Assembly (NCBI GenBank): GCA_013265495.1
Contig: MU058037.1
Span: 1,737,498 to 1,801,497, forward strand
DNA: 64,000 nucleotides
From: Vicugna vicugna
Taxonomy: Eukaryota
Reading direction: 5' to 3'
Within the stretch, counting starts at the first letter, position 1, and every line of letters begins with the position of its first letter. The notes under the pieces are model-generated. The model searched no databases, was not told the DNA's origin, and saw only the letters and a program-made list of their open reading frames with translations. Of this stretch, positions 13,946 to 26,229 are shown piece after piece. The position numbers and the translations under genes are program-made.

Positions 13946-15975
13946 AAATGGACCATAAATATACTATTTCTGCTGAAAAAATGTAAATATACCAAATACC
14001 AAATATAAATATACTATATGTAAAAAAATCTACAGAAAAAAAGTGAAAGGATGGAAAAAGGTATTCCATGTAAACATTAGTAAAAAGAAACCTGGAGTGG
14101 TTATATTAATATCTGACAAAGTAGATTTTAGAAAAAAGGAAAATTTCCAGGGATAAAAGAGGGACATTATATAATAATAAAAGGCTTTAGTTACCAAGAT
14201 GTCATGACAATCCTAGACATGTATGCATCTAACCACAGAACTCTAAAAATAAATGAAGCAAAAAGTGAGAGACAGGAGAAATAGATAAAATCTACAATTG
14301 TACTTGAGGTCTTCAATATACCTCTCTCAGTGATCAGTAGAACAAGTAGACAGGAAATCAGCAAACTTAATAGAAGATTTGAACAACAGTATCAGTGAAC
14401 TTCACCTAATTGACATTATACAAAACTATATTACAACAACAGATTAGGAATTCTTCCTATGTATGTGAAACATTCATTAAGATAGACAATATTCTGGGCA
14501 ATAATGACACCTTAACAAATTTAAAAGATTAAAAATGATAAAAATTATATTGTCTGACCATAATGAAATTAAACTAGGCATCAATAACAGATTTGAAAAA
14601 TCTCTAAAGAATTAAGAAATTTAAAATAGACTTCTAAATAACCCATGGATCAAAGAGGAATTCTGAAGATAAATTAAGGAATTATTGTGAACTGAATGAA
14701 AATATAACACTTCAAAATTTGTGGAAAGTAAAACAGTGCATAAAAAGAGATGTTTAGCATTAAATGAAAGGCCTCAAAAATTTTAAGCTTCCAAGATAAA
14801 GAACAAGAAAAATAAGAAAAGTAAGCCCAAAGCAAGCAGGTGAAAGAAAAGAATAAAGAGCAGAAATCACTGAAATTGAAACAACAAAATAATAGAAAAA
14901 AGCCCAATGAAACCAATGCTGACTTTTTGAAAAGGTCAATCAAATTTATAAACTTCTAGCCAGACTGAACAAGAAAAGAAAGAGAAGATACAAATGACCA
15001 TCAGGAATAAAGGAAGGAGCATCATTATAGACCTTACGACATTAAAAGGATAATAACAGAATACTACAAAAACCTCTATGTCCATAAATTTGACAAATTA
15101 GATTTAATGAACAAATGCTTAGAAAAACAAAAAACTCATTTGTAAAATACAAAATGGATAACCTGTTACAGCTCTATATCTGTTTTTAAAAATTGAATTT
15201 GTAGCTATCAGTGTTCCACCAAAGAAATTCTAGGCTCAGATGGTTTCACTGTTGAATTCTACTGCATATTTGAGGAAGAAATAATACCAACACTACAGTT
15301 ATACCAGAAAATAGAAGAGGAGGATTCATATCCTGATATAAGACACAAAGATATTACAGGAAAAGAAAACCATATACCAATATCCCTCATGAACAAAGAC
15401 GTAAAAATCCTCTACTAAATATTAGCAAGTTGAATCCAGCAATGTATTAAAGGGATCATCTGTCATGACTAGGTCAGGTTTACCCAGGAATGCAAGACTG
15501 GTTCAAAAATTGGTGCTTCTGCACTTTGGTTAGAATGGAAATCAGTATACCCACTGTGGAAGACAGTATGGAAGTTCCTCAAAAAATTAAAAACAGAGCT
15601 ACCATATAATCTAGCAATCCCACTTCAGGGTATATATCCAAAGAAAATCACTATCTCAAAGAGATATCTGCACCCCCAGGTTCATTGCAGCATTATTCAC
15701 AATAGCCAAGACATGGAAACAACCCAAGTGTCCATCAATGGATAAATGGACTTTACAAAGAAGCTCCTAGACCTAAAAAGTGAGTTTACCAAGGATACAG
15801 AGTCAATATAAAAAGTCACTTGTATTTCTATATACTAGCAGTGAATGATTAAGAGTCAAAAATTGAAAAAACAGTACCATAACGTTGAAATACTTAGGTT
15901 CAAATCTAACAAAATATGTGCAGAATCTCTATGGTGAAAACTAAAACACTGATGAAAGAAATCAAGAATACCTAA
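13946..15975 (+). mobile_element. Outer L1 ORF2 resumes (endonuclease to RT), with a short L1 3' fragment at about 15510-15750
   Basis: ggatggaaaaaggtattccatg...ctggagtggttatattaatatctgacaaagtag; RT region ccaatatccctcatgaac...ccaggaatgcaagactggttcaa. Confidence 0.8.
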
Positions 15976-16793
15976 TAATTGAGTTCTGAACCCAATTCCA
16001 ATGGATGGAGGGAGGTTTTTCCCTCACACCATCAAATAATTCTCAAGACACCAGGTATGTGTCCTTCAATTCAACTCAGTCCTGACACTATCTACCTGGA
16101 GATGATATCAGATCCCACATTTAAGGTTTCAGTCCCATAAGACTGTACTTACCCCAATTAAGATGCCAGTTAAGCACCTGTGCTTCTGACCAACCGGCTA
16201 TAGATCTTAGGTTCCAGCAACCTCCTCCATGGGTTCAATTAATTTGCTTGAGCAGCTCACAGAACTCAGAGAAACATTTTACTTACTAGATTACCGGTTA
16301 TAAAAGGATATAATTCAGGAACAGACAGATGGAAGAGATGCATAGGGCAGGGTATGGGGAAGGGATGTGAAAATTTCTGCCGTTTCTTAGCATGCCACTT
16401 TCCCCAATTCTCCACATGTCCACCAACCTAGAAGCTCTCTAAACTCTGTCCTTTGGGGTTTTTAATGGAGGCTTTATGATATAGTAGTCATGGTTGATTA
16501 AATCATTGGCCATTGGTGATTGAACTCAATTTCTAGCCCTTCTCCCCTCCCTGGAGGTGGGGGTTGGATAAGGGATAGGTGGGACTTCAACCCTCTAGTC
16601 ACAGTGTTGGTTCCTCTGACCTCCATCCTTAGGTGACCTAGAGGCATTCCAAAAGTCACCTCATTAACATAACAAGAGACTCCTTTATCACTTTCAACAC
16701 TTAGGAAATTACCAACGATTTCTGGAGCTCTGTGCCAGAAATGGGGGATGAAGACTAAATATATATATTTCTTATATAAGTAGCAATATCGCT
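15976..16793 (-). mobile_element. MER21-like solo LTR inserted in L1
   Basis: caattcaactcagtcctgacactatctacctggag...cagatcccacatttaagg...cagtcccataagactg matches the MER21 group; 5-bp TSD cctaa at 15971-15975 and 16794-16798. Confidence 0.75.
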
Positions 16794-17420
16794 CCTAAGT
16801 AAATGGAGACCTACACCGTGTTCATGGATTGGAAGATTTGATAGTGTTAAGTTGTCAGTTCTCTCCCAGTTCATCTAACTATTCAACAAAATCCCAGTCA
16901 AAATACCAGCAGTTATTCAACAAGATGACTGAAATTTATATTGAAAGACAAAGTAACTAGAATAGCCAAAACAGCTTTGAAAAAAAAGAACAATGTTGGA
17001 AGACTCACTACTACCTGATTTCAAGACTTACTATAAAAGCTAATCAAGCTAATATGGTATTGGTGAAAGATTAGGCACATAAATCAATGGAACAGAGTAG
17101 AGTCCAGAAATAGACCCTCACAAGTATAACCAACTGATTTTTACAAAGGTACAAAAGCATTCAACTGATGACAAATAGTTCTTTCAACGAAGGGTGTTGT
17201 AACAATTGGACATCAATATGCTAAAAAATGGACTTTGACCTAAACCTCATACCTTATGGAAAAATTAAATCCAACTGGATCATAAACCTAAAGGTAAAAC
17301 TTAGAGCTATATAATTTCTAGAAGAAAACATAAGAAAAAAAATCTTTATGACTTTGGATTAGACAAAAATTTCCTAGATAAGACACCACAAGAATAATTC
17401 ATAAAAGAACATATTGAACC
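16794..17420 (+). mobile_element. L1 ORF2 continuation after the LTR
   Basis: cctaagtaaatggaga...gtgttcatggattggaaga...ctacctgatttcaagacttactataaa...aatggaacagagtagagtccagaaatagacc. Confidence 0.85.
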
Positions 17421-18158
17421 ACCATCATCTCTCTTCTCATATAAACTTCTAAAAATTCTGAACTCATATCTACTTCTTACCTATCATTTATCAATGAAGT
17501 TAATGCAGTCAGCTTTCTGCCTTTATCCCCTACTGAAAATTCCCTCATTATGTGTTATAAAACCTACTAATTATCAAATATAACTGGGCATTTTCAGTTC
17601 TTATCTGATTGGGCTTCATTGCTGCATTTGACTTGCTAATAATTCCCTCCTTGAAATTCCTTTCTTCTTGTTGTCTATGCCACTACTCCTCTCTTAGCAG
17701 TTTCTCCATTCTCCCCTCAGGTCTACTCTTATGGTTTCAACTGCGAAAACATCTGGAGGGATACTTACATATCTAACTCTTAGATATACAATTGCAGTCA
17801 GATGCCCCAGCATTATCTTATGAATTCAGCATGTCTGTTTACACTCTTTTCATCCTTTCTCCAAACCACCTCCCCCTTTTTTTCATTCCATAACTCCTTT
17901 GCAAGCAGGGCAATCACTTATTTGCCTCAGTTAGGAACCTGGGAGTCTCTTCTTCACAGCCTACATTCCATCAATCACCAAACCCTGCTAAATATTTTTG
18001 GAACTCATCCTCTTTTTTCCAAGTTCAAGTCCTCACAATCTTTCATAGATTATTGTAATATTGCTTTCCCTGTCTTTGATAGTATGTTCCTCAAATCCTT
18101 TCTCATTCCAATTCAGATGATCTATCTAAAATGCAAATCTAACCCTGCCATTGCTTTT

Positions 18159-18312
18159 TTTTTTTTTAACTTGATAATCAGCTTTATTTTGAGGGGTAGG
18201 TAACTAGGTTTATTTATTCACTTGTTTATTTTTTGATGGTGGTACTGGGGATTGAACGCAGGACCTCGTGCATGCTAAGCACATGCTCTACCACTGAGCT
18301 ATACCCTACCCT
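18159..18312 (-). mobile_element. tRNA-derived SINE, camelid Vic-1-like
   Basis: Minus strand gggtatagctcagtggtagagcatgtgcttagcatgcacgaggtcctgcgttcaatccccagtacc with pol III A/B boxes and A-rich tail; TSD cctgccattgctttt / cctgttattgctttt (13 of 15). Confidence 0.9.
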
Positions 18313-18759
18313 CCTGTTATTGCTTTTCTTAAAACACCTCGAGGGCTCCATTTACTTCCAAATTCCATAGTATGGAAAATTTGGCCCTCTGTTATCTAGA
18401 TCCTGCTTGTCTTTTCTGCCATCTTCTCTCACTCCTTTCTTCACTACGCTTCAGTGATATCTAAATGTTTACATTTCCTCCTACACACCATGTTCTTTCT
18501 GTTCTTTATGTTTTTGCTCAAACTGTCCTTTCTGCCTCACTGCTTCCTATTCATTCTTTAAGACTCAATTTAGGAAACCTTCCCTGAACCTTCTGGGCTG
18601 GAATAGGTGCCCTCCCTCTGATATCCTGTAATATCCTGTGGTATAACTTTATCTTCCATGGCAGGAATCTGTTTGATCAATTAGAATGTGTAGTATTTTA
18701 AAACTTGGATTTATTTCTTATTTATCATTGTATCCACAACATTTATCCCACAACCTCCT

Positions 18760-18946
18760 TTTTTTTTAATTTTTAAAAAATATTTTATTTATTTATTATT
18801 GAATTAGTTAATTTTTTTTTTATTTTCTATTTTGAGGGGGGAGATAACTAGGTTTATTGAGTTTTTAGAGGAGGTACTGGGGCTTGAACCCAGGACCTCA
18901 TGCATGCTAAGCATGCATTCTACCACTTAAGCTATACCCTCCCCCC
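18760..18946 (-). mobile_element. tRNA-derived SINE, camelid Vic-1-like
   Basis: Minus strand ggggagggtatagcttaagtggtagaatgcatgcttagcatgcatgaggtcctgggttcaagccccagtacctcc plus A-rich tail; TSD core cacaacctcct at 18749-18759 and 18951-18961. Confidence 0.9.
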
Positions 18947-19289
18947 AGCACACAACCTCCTATTCAGTAAATGTTCATTAAATGAATTGAATGAGTGGTT
19001 GTTGATTTTACTTCTGTGAAGCTGATCTCATCAAAGTAATTGACCCCTTAACAACTTTATAATAGCTCTCATTTTTTGGACATTAAGGAGCATAAAGTGT
19101 GGAGTACTGGTTTTGAAATTAAGCTTGTGAAAAAGTACCATTCCAAATGATAATAAGGGCAAGAACTCAAATGAAGAAAGTATTTTCACCCTCTGTATTT
19201 CCCCATGAACTTGGTATAGCAGTCTGGTCAAATAACTGATATTGCTCTATTGGTAATAGCAGTGTTCTGAAGCATAGGTAATCCTCTGT

Positions 19290-19440
19290 ACAAACCAGCA
19301 TTTATTGAGTGCATTATCTAGAAACTGAGAATACAAAGATAAAAAAGATTAGTTCTCAAAGGAGCTCACACTTTCTTGGGAACTAGAGAGAAATGAGCAA
19401 ATAATTGGGAAGAGTAACTTAGTTTGGCTATGGGGTAGGG
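19290..19440 (-). mobile_element. L2 3' end fragment
   Basis: cagcatttattgagtgc...tgagaatacaaagataaa...ctcaaaggagctcaca. Confidence 0.55.
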
Positions 19441-19594
19441 AGGCAGAGTTGATGGATGTTTTTCCTTCCGTATGTCTGCTTAGCATCAATCTGTTTCTAG
19501 TTACAGACTCACCATAACAAATCAATGCATTGTTCAGGAGGAAAACAGCCAGGGATTATGCATGTTTAAGAAAAAACTTTAAACTGCTACTGGG

Positions 19595-19690
19595 AAGACA
19601 ACAAACAAACAAACAAAAAAACAAAAAAACACAAGCCAAAAAAAAAAAAACCCAAAAATGAAAACCCAAGTAACCAAAACCCCAAAACAA
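19595..19690. repeat. A-rich low-complexity / (CAAA)n-like tract
   Basis: Directly visible. Confidence 0.85.
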
Positions 19691-20769
19691 TCTTAGAGCT
19701 TATGTCTTACAGATGGTGAATCAGTAACATCACCATTCTAGAAGAAGGACAATTCCTGATTCATCAATGATTGTATTGGTAAAGAAGTAATTGTTTTAGT
19801 AATGAGGGCCTAGAATTAACCAACTATTATTAGAGCCTCTGGTTTGGACTTTTTTGGGGCATGAGTTATTTCCCAGGGTTGAAGCAGTCATCATAAACTC
19901 TATGTGAAAGAAATACAGAAGATGGATAATTATTCCACTCTCTTTTTCTAAAAGACAATTATTCAGCTCTGTCACCAGGCATCACACTTCTCTTTCAATT
20001 AAGTCAAGTTGTCTCTGCAGAGCAACCAAAACACACGTTCATTCATTTTGCCAATAAACTTGCAGAATGGTTGTATAACTTTTCATTTTCTATGCCTCTG
20101 TTTTAATTTGAAGAAAACAAAATTATTATATACCAGACAACTGTTTTCCATGAAAAGGTATTTCTTTAAACAATATAATTTGTGCAAAGTCAAGCAATCT
20201 GTCTTCATCAAACATGCAATTTGATTTGTTATGTGATATTTTTAAAAATTAGGTCAAGCAACCAACTTAGATTTTTTCTTTAGTTAGTCCCAAATAAAAC
20301 TACCGGGATTCTTTTAAAAAACCTACCTCTCCTCTATGTATGCTGTACATAATAATTTTTTTAATGAAATCTCTTTTTAAAAGAGTATTCTTGGCAAAGG
20401 AAGAAAGTTTACGTCTGGTAACCACCAGCTGCCCTACCTCCTGTGTGTAAAGTTTAGAATTTCAATCCCTGATTGACGCCCAAGTCCAAATACCTATGCC
20501 AGTATATCAGAGTGTGACATATTTCCCCCTCACCCACCTTCCAAATCAACTGTGTCTTCTTACCACTCATCTACCACCTTTCCACTCTCATTCACAGTTC
20601 TGGAAGGATTCAGTTCTGAGCATCACCACATGAAAGTCAACATACAATATGTATGGTGAATTGTTTAATAAAGAAACTAACAGAATTAATATGAAGCTTG
20701 GAAAGAGGAGAAAGTATGATGTAAAGCTATAGTCAGAACAACTGAGGCCTGAGAAAGATGGGGAGAATG

Positions 20770-21681
20770 ATGTGCCAGTCAGGGTCCAGTGAGGAAAACA
20801 GAAACTATGCTAGGTGTTGGAACAAGGCTTTTAATACAGAGAAATGGTAACCTATGTGCTGGAAGGCTGAAAGAACATAAGGGGAAGTTGAAATAGCCAT
20901 TCAAATAATAGTAACTTTTAAATTAGAATAGAGAAAAGAAAAACAAAAGAGAAAATAGTTAATATGTTCATAACAACTAAGGAAGTAATATGCATAGCTG
21001 CTACATTCTTATTTCTGTAACAAGTCACAAGGTCATGAGATCATAGCTGATATTTATAACTTCTCTCTTCCACTACCCTTTTCATGTTTGCTTTACTGCC
21101 AGCCAGAAAATCAGTCAATTGGGTCTTTACATGGTAAGGGAATCCCAAATTTCATTCCTGAAGGGTTTGAGTCCTTAGTAGTTCTTTCTTAATTGAGTTG
21201 CTCTAGTTTTCTATTAACTTTTACTATTGGACATGGCAATATGAACTGGAACCCCAGAGAATCCCTTGAATTATAGACATTGTCTCTAGTTTTTGTAGAA
21301 GTTTCCTTTGGTAATGCAGATTGATCACCCTAGCCCTTATTTGCCTTTTGGTCAGTGGTTTGAAGAGCCCCAGATGACCAGGTAATGGTCTCACCTTCCA
21401 ATTAAATGGAAACATTGTCCTCTCAGATAGACAGTAGAACCCCAAGTTGTGTTATTAGACATAAGAGAAGCAGGAACCACTATCACTGCCACCTCTTGTA
21501 ATTCTAGGATTCTTGTATTCTGAATCTGTGCGAGAAAGAACATCATGTATTTGTGATTGGCTCAAAGCGCTCCACATTCTGTAGAATACTGTACTAATCT
21601 CACCAGGTGTATTTTTTGAGCTACAAGTGTGACTCCCAACTGCTGCTATAGTCTTCAATAGGCCTTTGCAGATAGGTAAGG
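20770..21681 (-). mobile_element. Old MaLR/ERVL-type LTR piece followed by an ERVL internal (pol 3') fragment
   Basis: tgtgccagtcagggtccag...ggaaaacagaaac LTR end; tcattcctgaagggtttgagtccttagt and gaagagccccagatgaccagg resemble ERVL internal sequence. Confidence 0.6.
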
Positions 21682-22308
21682 TGTGTTAGGTTTTGTTTTG
21701 TTTTGCTGCATAACAACTGATTCCATACTTAGTGGCTTAAAACAACACCCATCTATTAGCTCACAGTTCTGTAGGTCAGATAGCTGGCATGGTGTGGCTG
21801 AGTTCTTTGCTTATGGTGTCACAAGCTGAAGTCAAAGTGTAGCTGGACTGATTTCTCATCTGGAGGCTCTAGGGGAAATTCTCCTTCCAAGTTCATTCTT
21901 ACTGTTGGCAGAATTCAATTCTTTGCACCTCTATGAGGGAGACTGCTGTTTCCTTGCTGGCTATCAGCCAGATGCTGTTCTCAGCTCCTAGGGGCTGCCT
22001 GCATTCCTTGCTACGTGGTCCCCTGCATTTTCAAGTCAGCAAGAACAGGGTTGAATTCTTCCTATGCTTTGAATCTCCAGCTTCCTCTCTTGCAACCAGT
22101 GGTAGAAAACCCTCTGTTTTAAAGGGCTCCTGTAATTAGGTCAGGCCCACTCTGATAATCTCCTTTTCTTAAAGCCCACTGTGCCAAATAACATAACCTA
22201 ATCACAGGGCTTTCATTCACTATATTCACAATCTTGGAGATTATACAGGGTGGTATATACCAGGAGTTGGGGGATATTGGGGAACATCCTAGAATTCTGT
22301 CTACCACA
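21682..22308 (-). mobile_element. MLT1E-like MaLR solo LTR
   Basis: TG...CA termini; cttagtggcttaaaacaacaccc...ctcacagttctgtaggtcaga; the minus strand starts tgtggtagacagaattctaggatg; TSD taagg/gaagg. Confidence 0.85.
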
Positions 22309-22630
22309 GAAGGCAAATCCATATCAAGAATGTCTATTCCAGTGAGAAAAGTTGCTCTTTTTTTCATGATGGAAATTGCCTCATATAATAAACCTGCTTG
22401 CTGATCCAACTGAGGAATGGTGCCATGTTGGGAGCTCCTGTTGTTTAGACTGCCGAGTGGGGTGACATTTGGATGGTGTTTGAACTTCTGGTGGCAGGTG
22501 CTCCAGAGCTAGTGCTCAGCTAGTACTGGGGATCTGGGAAATGTAGTTTGCAGCTTCCATGCCCCACCATCACAAAACAAAGTTAAAAGAGTAAATTTGA
22601 GACTGAAAGGACAATAGTTAAATGACCATC
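22309..22630 (-). mobile_element. ERVL integrase remnant plus old LTR piece
   Basis: Minus-strand translation GTIPQLDQQA...FLTGID then GFAF resembles ERVL integrase GTIP..DQPA..FVLTGIDTYSGYGFAF; gggatctgggaaatgtagttt is MLT1-like. Confidence 0.6.
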
Positions 22631-23068
22631 ATGAATATAGATATCTCATGTTAATAAGGAAACAAAAGCATAGACTCTTCTCCATATTTTCCAGAGAGAA
22701 TTTATAATGCAGTATAATGTCCCTCCAGCATTACTCAACCATTGTATACCATCTACTATATTACTTTATTTTGAAGCTTCTGCTCTTATTCTTTCTCCCT
22801 GGCTCAGCTTAGGTTCTTAGCTATTTTCCTCTAACTATTCCCTAAGTCTTCAACCTGGTAAACAGGTTTCACCTTTCTTTTATAAATGATCTTATAAGGT
22901 GGCATTCGTACATAAAAAATAATATAACTACAAATGAGTGATATTTCCACATAACTCAACATACAGGTGGGTGACATATAAATACAAGTGGGTGATATTT
23001 CCAAATAACTCAAGATTTTTTTTGCTACACATTTCTTTTTGCTCCATGGTGCTCCAAATTAAATCAGT

Positions 23069-23108
23069 GATATATATATATACATATATATGTGTATATA
23101 TATATATA
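23069..23108. repeat. (TA)n microsatellite, interrupted
   Basis: Directly visible. Confidence 0.9.
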
Positions 23109-23157
23109 GCCACAGTAGAGGTTTTTGTACAGCTGAATTAAAGTTCCTGATTGATTG

Positions 23158-23548
23158 ATGTATCATTTAGAATAGTCTAGATCATGCTACAGTAACAAAA
23201 AAGCTCACATCTCAGTGGCTCAATCCAGAAAAACCTTATTTCTTGTTCATGTTAAATGTTGAACATGAACAGGTAGAGAGAAGGATCTCTGTTTATTGCA
23301 GTCAGTGACCCAGGTTGATGGAGGCTCCATCTCAACATATGCATCTATAATTAGGGCTATTGAAATAGGATGCAGCAAAATGCACACTGGCTCTTACTCC
23401 TGCCCAGAAGTGACATATTATTTCCTCTTGTATTTCATTGGACAAAGCAGATCTTATGCTAACCCTAACTTCAAAACAGATGGGAAAGTTCATCATACTC
23501 TGTTTGTAAAAGGAGAAATGAAATTTGTGTACAGTCTTAATGGTTACT
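23158..23548 (-). mobile_element. MLT1J-like MaLR LTR
   Basis: atgctacagtaacaaa...atctcagtggct...gacccaggttgatggaggctccatct...ctgcccagaagtgaca...tttcattggacaaagca. Confidence 0.75.
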
Positions 23549-23929
23549 TATATTTTATTTTTTGACTCATGGCAATAATCTTGAAAGCTAAGCAAGTACC
23601 TGAGTTTTTTGTGGAAAAAGAAGTAGGAGAGATTGGGTATCAAAAATCTAAAAAGACTGAGGACCCAAAGCATGAAACTTTTAGCCTAAAAGCTGGTTAT
23701 CACTGAGAGAAATTGATATTGAGATTGAATAAGGAAATAAAAATAACAGTTAGTCATTGGTGTGTATCTCAGAGGGTAAGAAAAAAAAATCTGAAGGTGA
23801 TTGAATTAACAAGATTAAGTTTTATGCTATCATTGGAACTAGAGAACTAGAAATCTGGGTTATGCTTAGTTTCAGAACAGCAAATAAAGTTCCATGTTCA
23901 CCTACCTAATTTCTGTGATTGTGTACATT

Positions 23930-24150
23930 TCTTAGCCACTTTATGCACTTTATGAATTATTATGGGTAATATCACACACAGTCTTACAAAATACACAGGG
24001 TAGGTGTTATTTCCTCTATTTTATACAGTTTTTACATAGGTAAATCTGAGGCTCAGAGACTATAAAGGACTATGCCATGGGCATAAAGCTTTAAGTGCTG
24101 GAGCTTAGATCAACTCTTAGATGTTGTGATTCTTAAAATTTTACTCTACT
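23930..24150 (-). mobile_element. MIR SINE remnant
   Basis: gggtaggtgttatttcctctattttata...ggtaaatctgaggctcagaga. Confidence 0.7.
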
Positions 24151-24649
24151 CTCCTTATTTTGGTAATTTTTGATAAAATATATCTTATACTTGAGAATAA
24201 CTTCAAAGTATTGGCAAATTGACTTTGTTTCTCTACCTTGAAAAGATTAATTTAGCTTTGAATGGTGAAGATGGAAAGAAAACCCTCTCAATGATTAAAA
24301 GACTAGAAAAATGTAATAAGCACTCATTTATAGAATGTGTTATTTTTTCAAGTGCTTATAATTTCATACAAGAAAGAATTCAGAGAATCATATATTTTAA
24401 AAAGTATTTTAAAATACTTAATATATTCAGATGGAACAAAATTCAAGTCGTACTAAAGAGTATATGGTGAAAAGCAAGTCTCTCTCCAACCCTTCATGAG
24501 CCACTCAATTTCCTTCTTGATATAATCACCATTATTAGTTATTTGTTTCCTTCCAAAGAAACATCATAGACTGTTAAAGATAAGCCTCAGGAATAATAAA
24601 TAGTATACTAAAGCATCTTTTCTAATTTTTTCCTATTACTCAATTACAT

Positions 24650-25260
24650 TTAGAACATTCCTTCTATTAGACTGTCACCTTCTCAGGGGCAGATACAGTA
24701 GCGTTACTCATCTGTCTATCTTCAATGTTAGTTAACACACATTTTTGCCATTATAGGAAATATTTATTCAATTAACACTGGGATAATTTAGACAAAACAA
24801 CCTATTTTCCAGCAACATTTGAGGAGGTCAAATCGTTTAAGATAATGGCTAGGTATTTGCCCAGTCTATGATAAATGTAATGATGATATAAGACTGCATA
24901 TATTATTAACATCTGTTTCCTTGTCTCTATTCCCACTGCTGTCCTATTCGAGGTCCTTTTTACTCCTTACTTTTGGTAAGGTATCCTAATAGGCCACTTT
25001 CTCTCCATCCTTCTTGCATTCTTCTCTCCCATATTGCCTGTATACTGCTGCCAAGTTATTCTCCTAAATCTACAGCTTTAATCATCTCACTTTATCAACC
25101 TATTCCTAAATTCTAATGGCTCCCACTGTCTATCAATATAAAGTTTAAACTCTTTTGTACAGCAAGTCACTTCCAGTTTGACTTCAAATTACCTTCCCAG
25201 TGTTATTGCCAGAACTTGTGTGCCCAGTTCCATCAAATTGGACTTCTTACATTTCCACTA
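24650..25260 (+). mobile_element. L2 fragments
   Basis: tattagactgtcaccttctcaggggcag; atactgctgcca...aatggctcccactgtctatcaatataaagtttaaactc. Confidence 0.55.
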
Positions 25261-26229
25261 AATAAAAATTGATAAGGTCCAGTATCATATGAGAAGATAT
25301 GATGGTTTTTTTAAAAAATATTAATTTCTCTCATCAAAAAATTAATTTATAGTTTATAATTTATAGTTTAATTTTTTCATACTCAATGAATAGGTAGCAG
25401 AAAGATAAACTAAACACTTCAACTGAGATGTACAAAAAATAATGCAGACCTTCACGTTCTATATTAGCAGGACTTAGAAGACTTATAATTAAGTCCGTTT
25501 TACTTTTTAAAAGTAGTATGAATTCTTCTGGCCTTAGCATGTTTTTATAAACTAAAAAAGAACAATATTCTTGAAACACTCTTTTTTCTGTGGAGACGCA
25601 CTAAGTTTTCTGCTAACTCTTACTTCATTACAGTTGCCACATTTCTTTATGCACTCTTCTCCAGATTTGAGCATTTCCTTCTAAAGTTTCAAGAAGTTTG
25701 TCTAGAGAGAATTTACTTTCAAAACTTAATGCACATGAAACTTGGAAAGCCATTTACCAATCCAATAGTGAAAGAATGGTACTCTTGAGATTTTGCAGAT
25801 TTTCTTTCACCTTCTCTTAAATTTCTTTGAATCACTAGTAAGGTGATTTTGCTGTGCTTGTGAACTGAATCACTCTTAAAAAAACCTAAATGTATACTCT
25901 AATTCATGTGGATTCTAGAAGAGCTCAGAATTTGCTTCTTCCATTTTCTCTATACAATAGTTACATTTAAGGTATTAATACCTGTCAGATGATCTCAGTG
26001 GTGGGAACCTTCAAAAGAACAGGAAGATATATTTTCATATGCCTTTATCCCCTTAAGTATGAGTGGGTTATTTTTCCCCAAATGTCTATCAGAGGTAAAA
26101 AGGATAGATAAACTTTAGTACAAATACTATATAGTGACGAGAATGAATCACTTATTGTTACACCCAATGTGAGTGAATCTCACAAACTACCCAGCAAATA
26201 TTACAGCTTTACCAGTACCTGAGAGGCCC

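Larger units (their letters stand above)
17430..19000 (+). mobile_element. L2 LINE remnant (RT region to 3' end), interrupted by two SINEs
   Basis: gcagtcagctttctgcc...ctactgaaa...gctgcatttgac...tccctccttgaaa resembles L2 RT; ends with the L2 tail cagtaaatgttcattaaatgaattgaatga. Confidence 0.7.

Noticed and set aside
18240..18946. tRNA-like sequences with A and B boxes
   Set aside because: They are SINE heads with A-rich tails and TSDs, not tRNA genes
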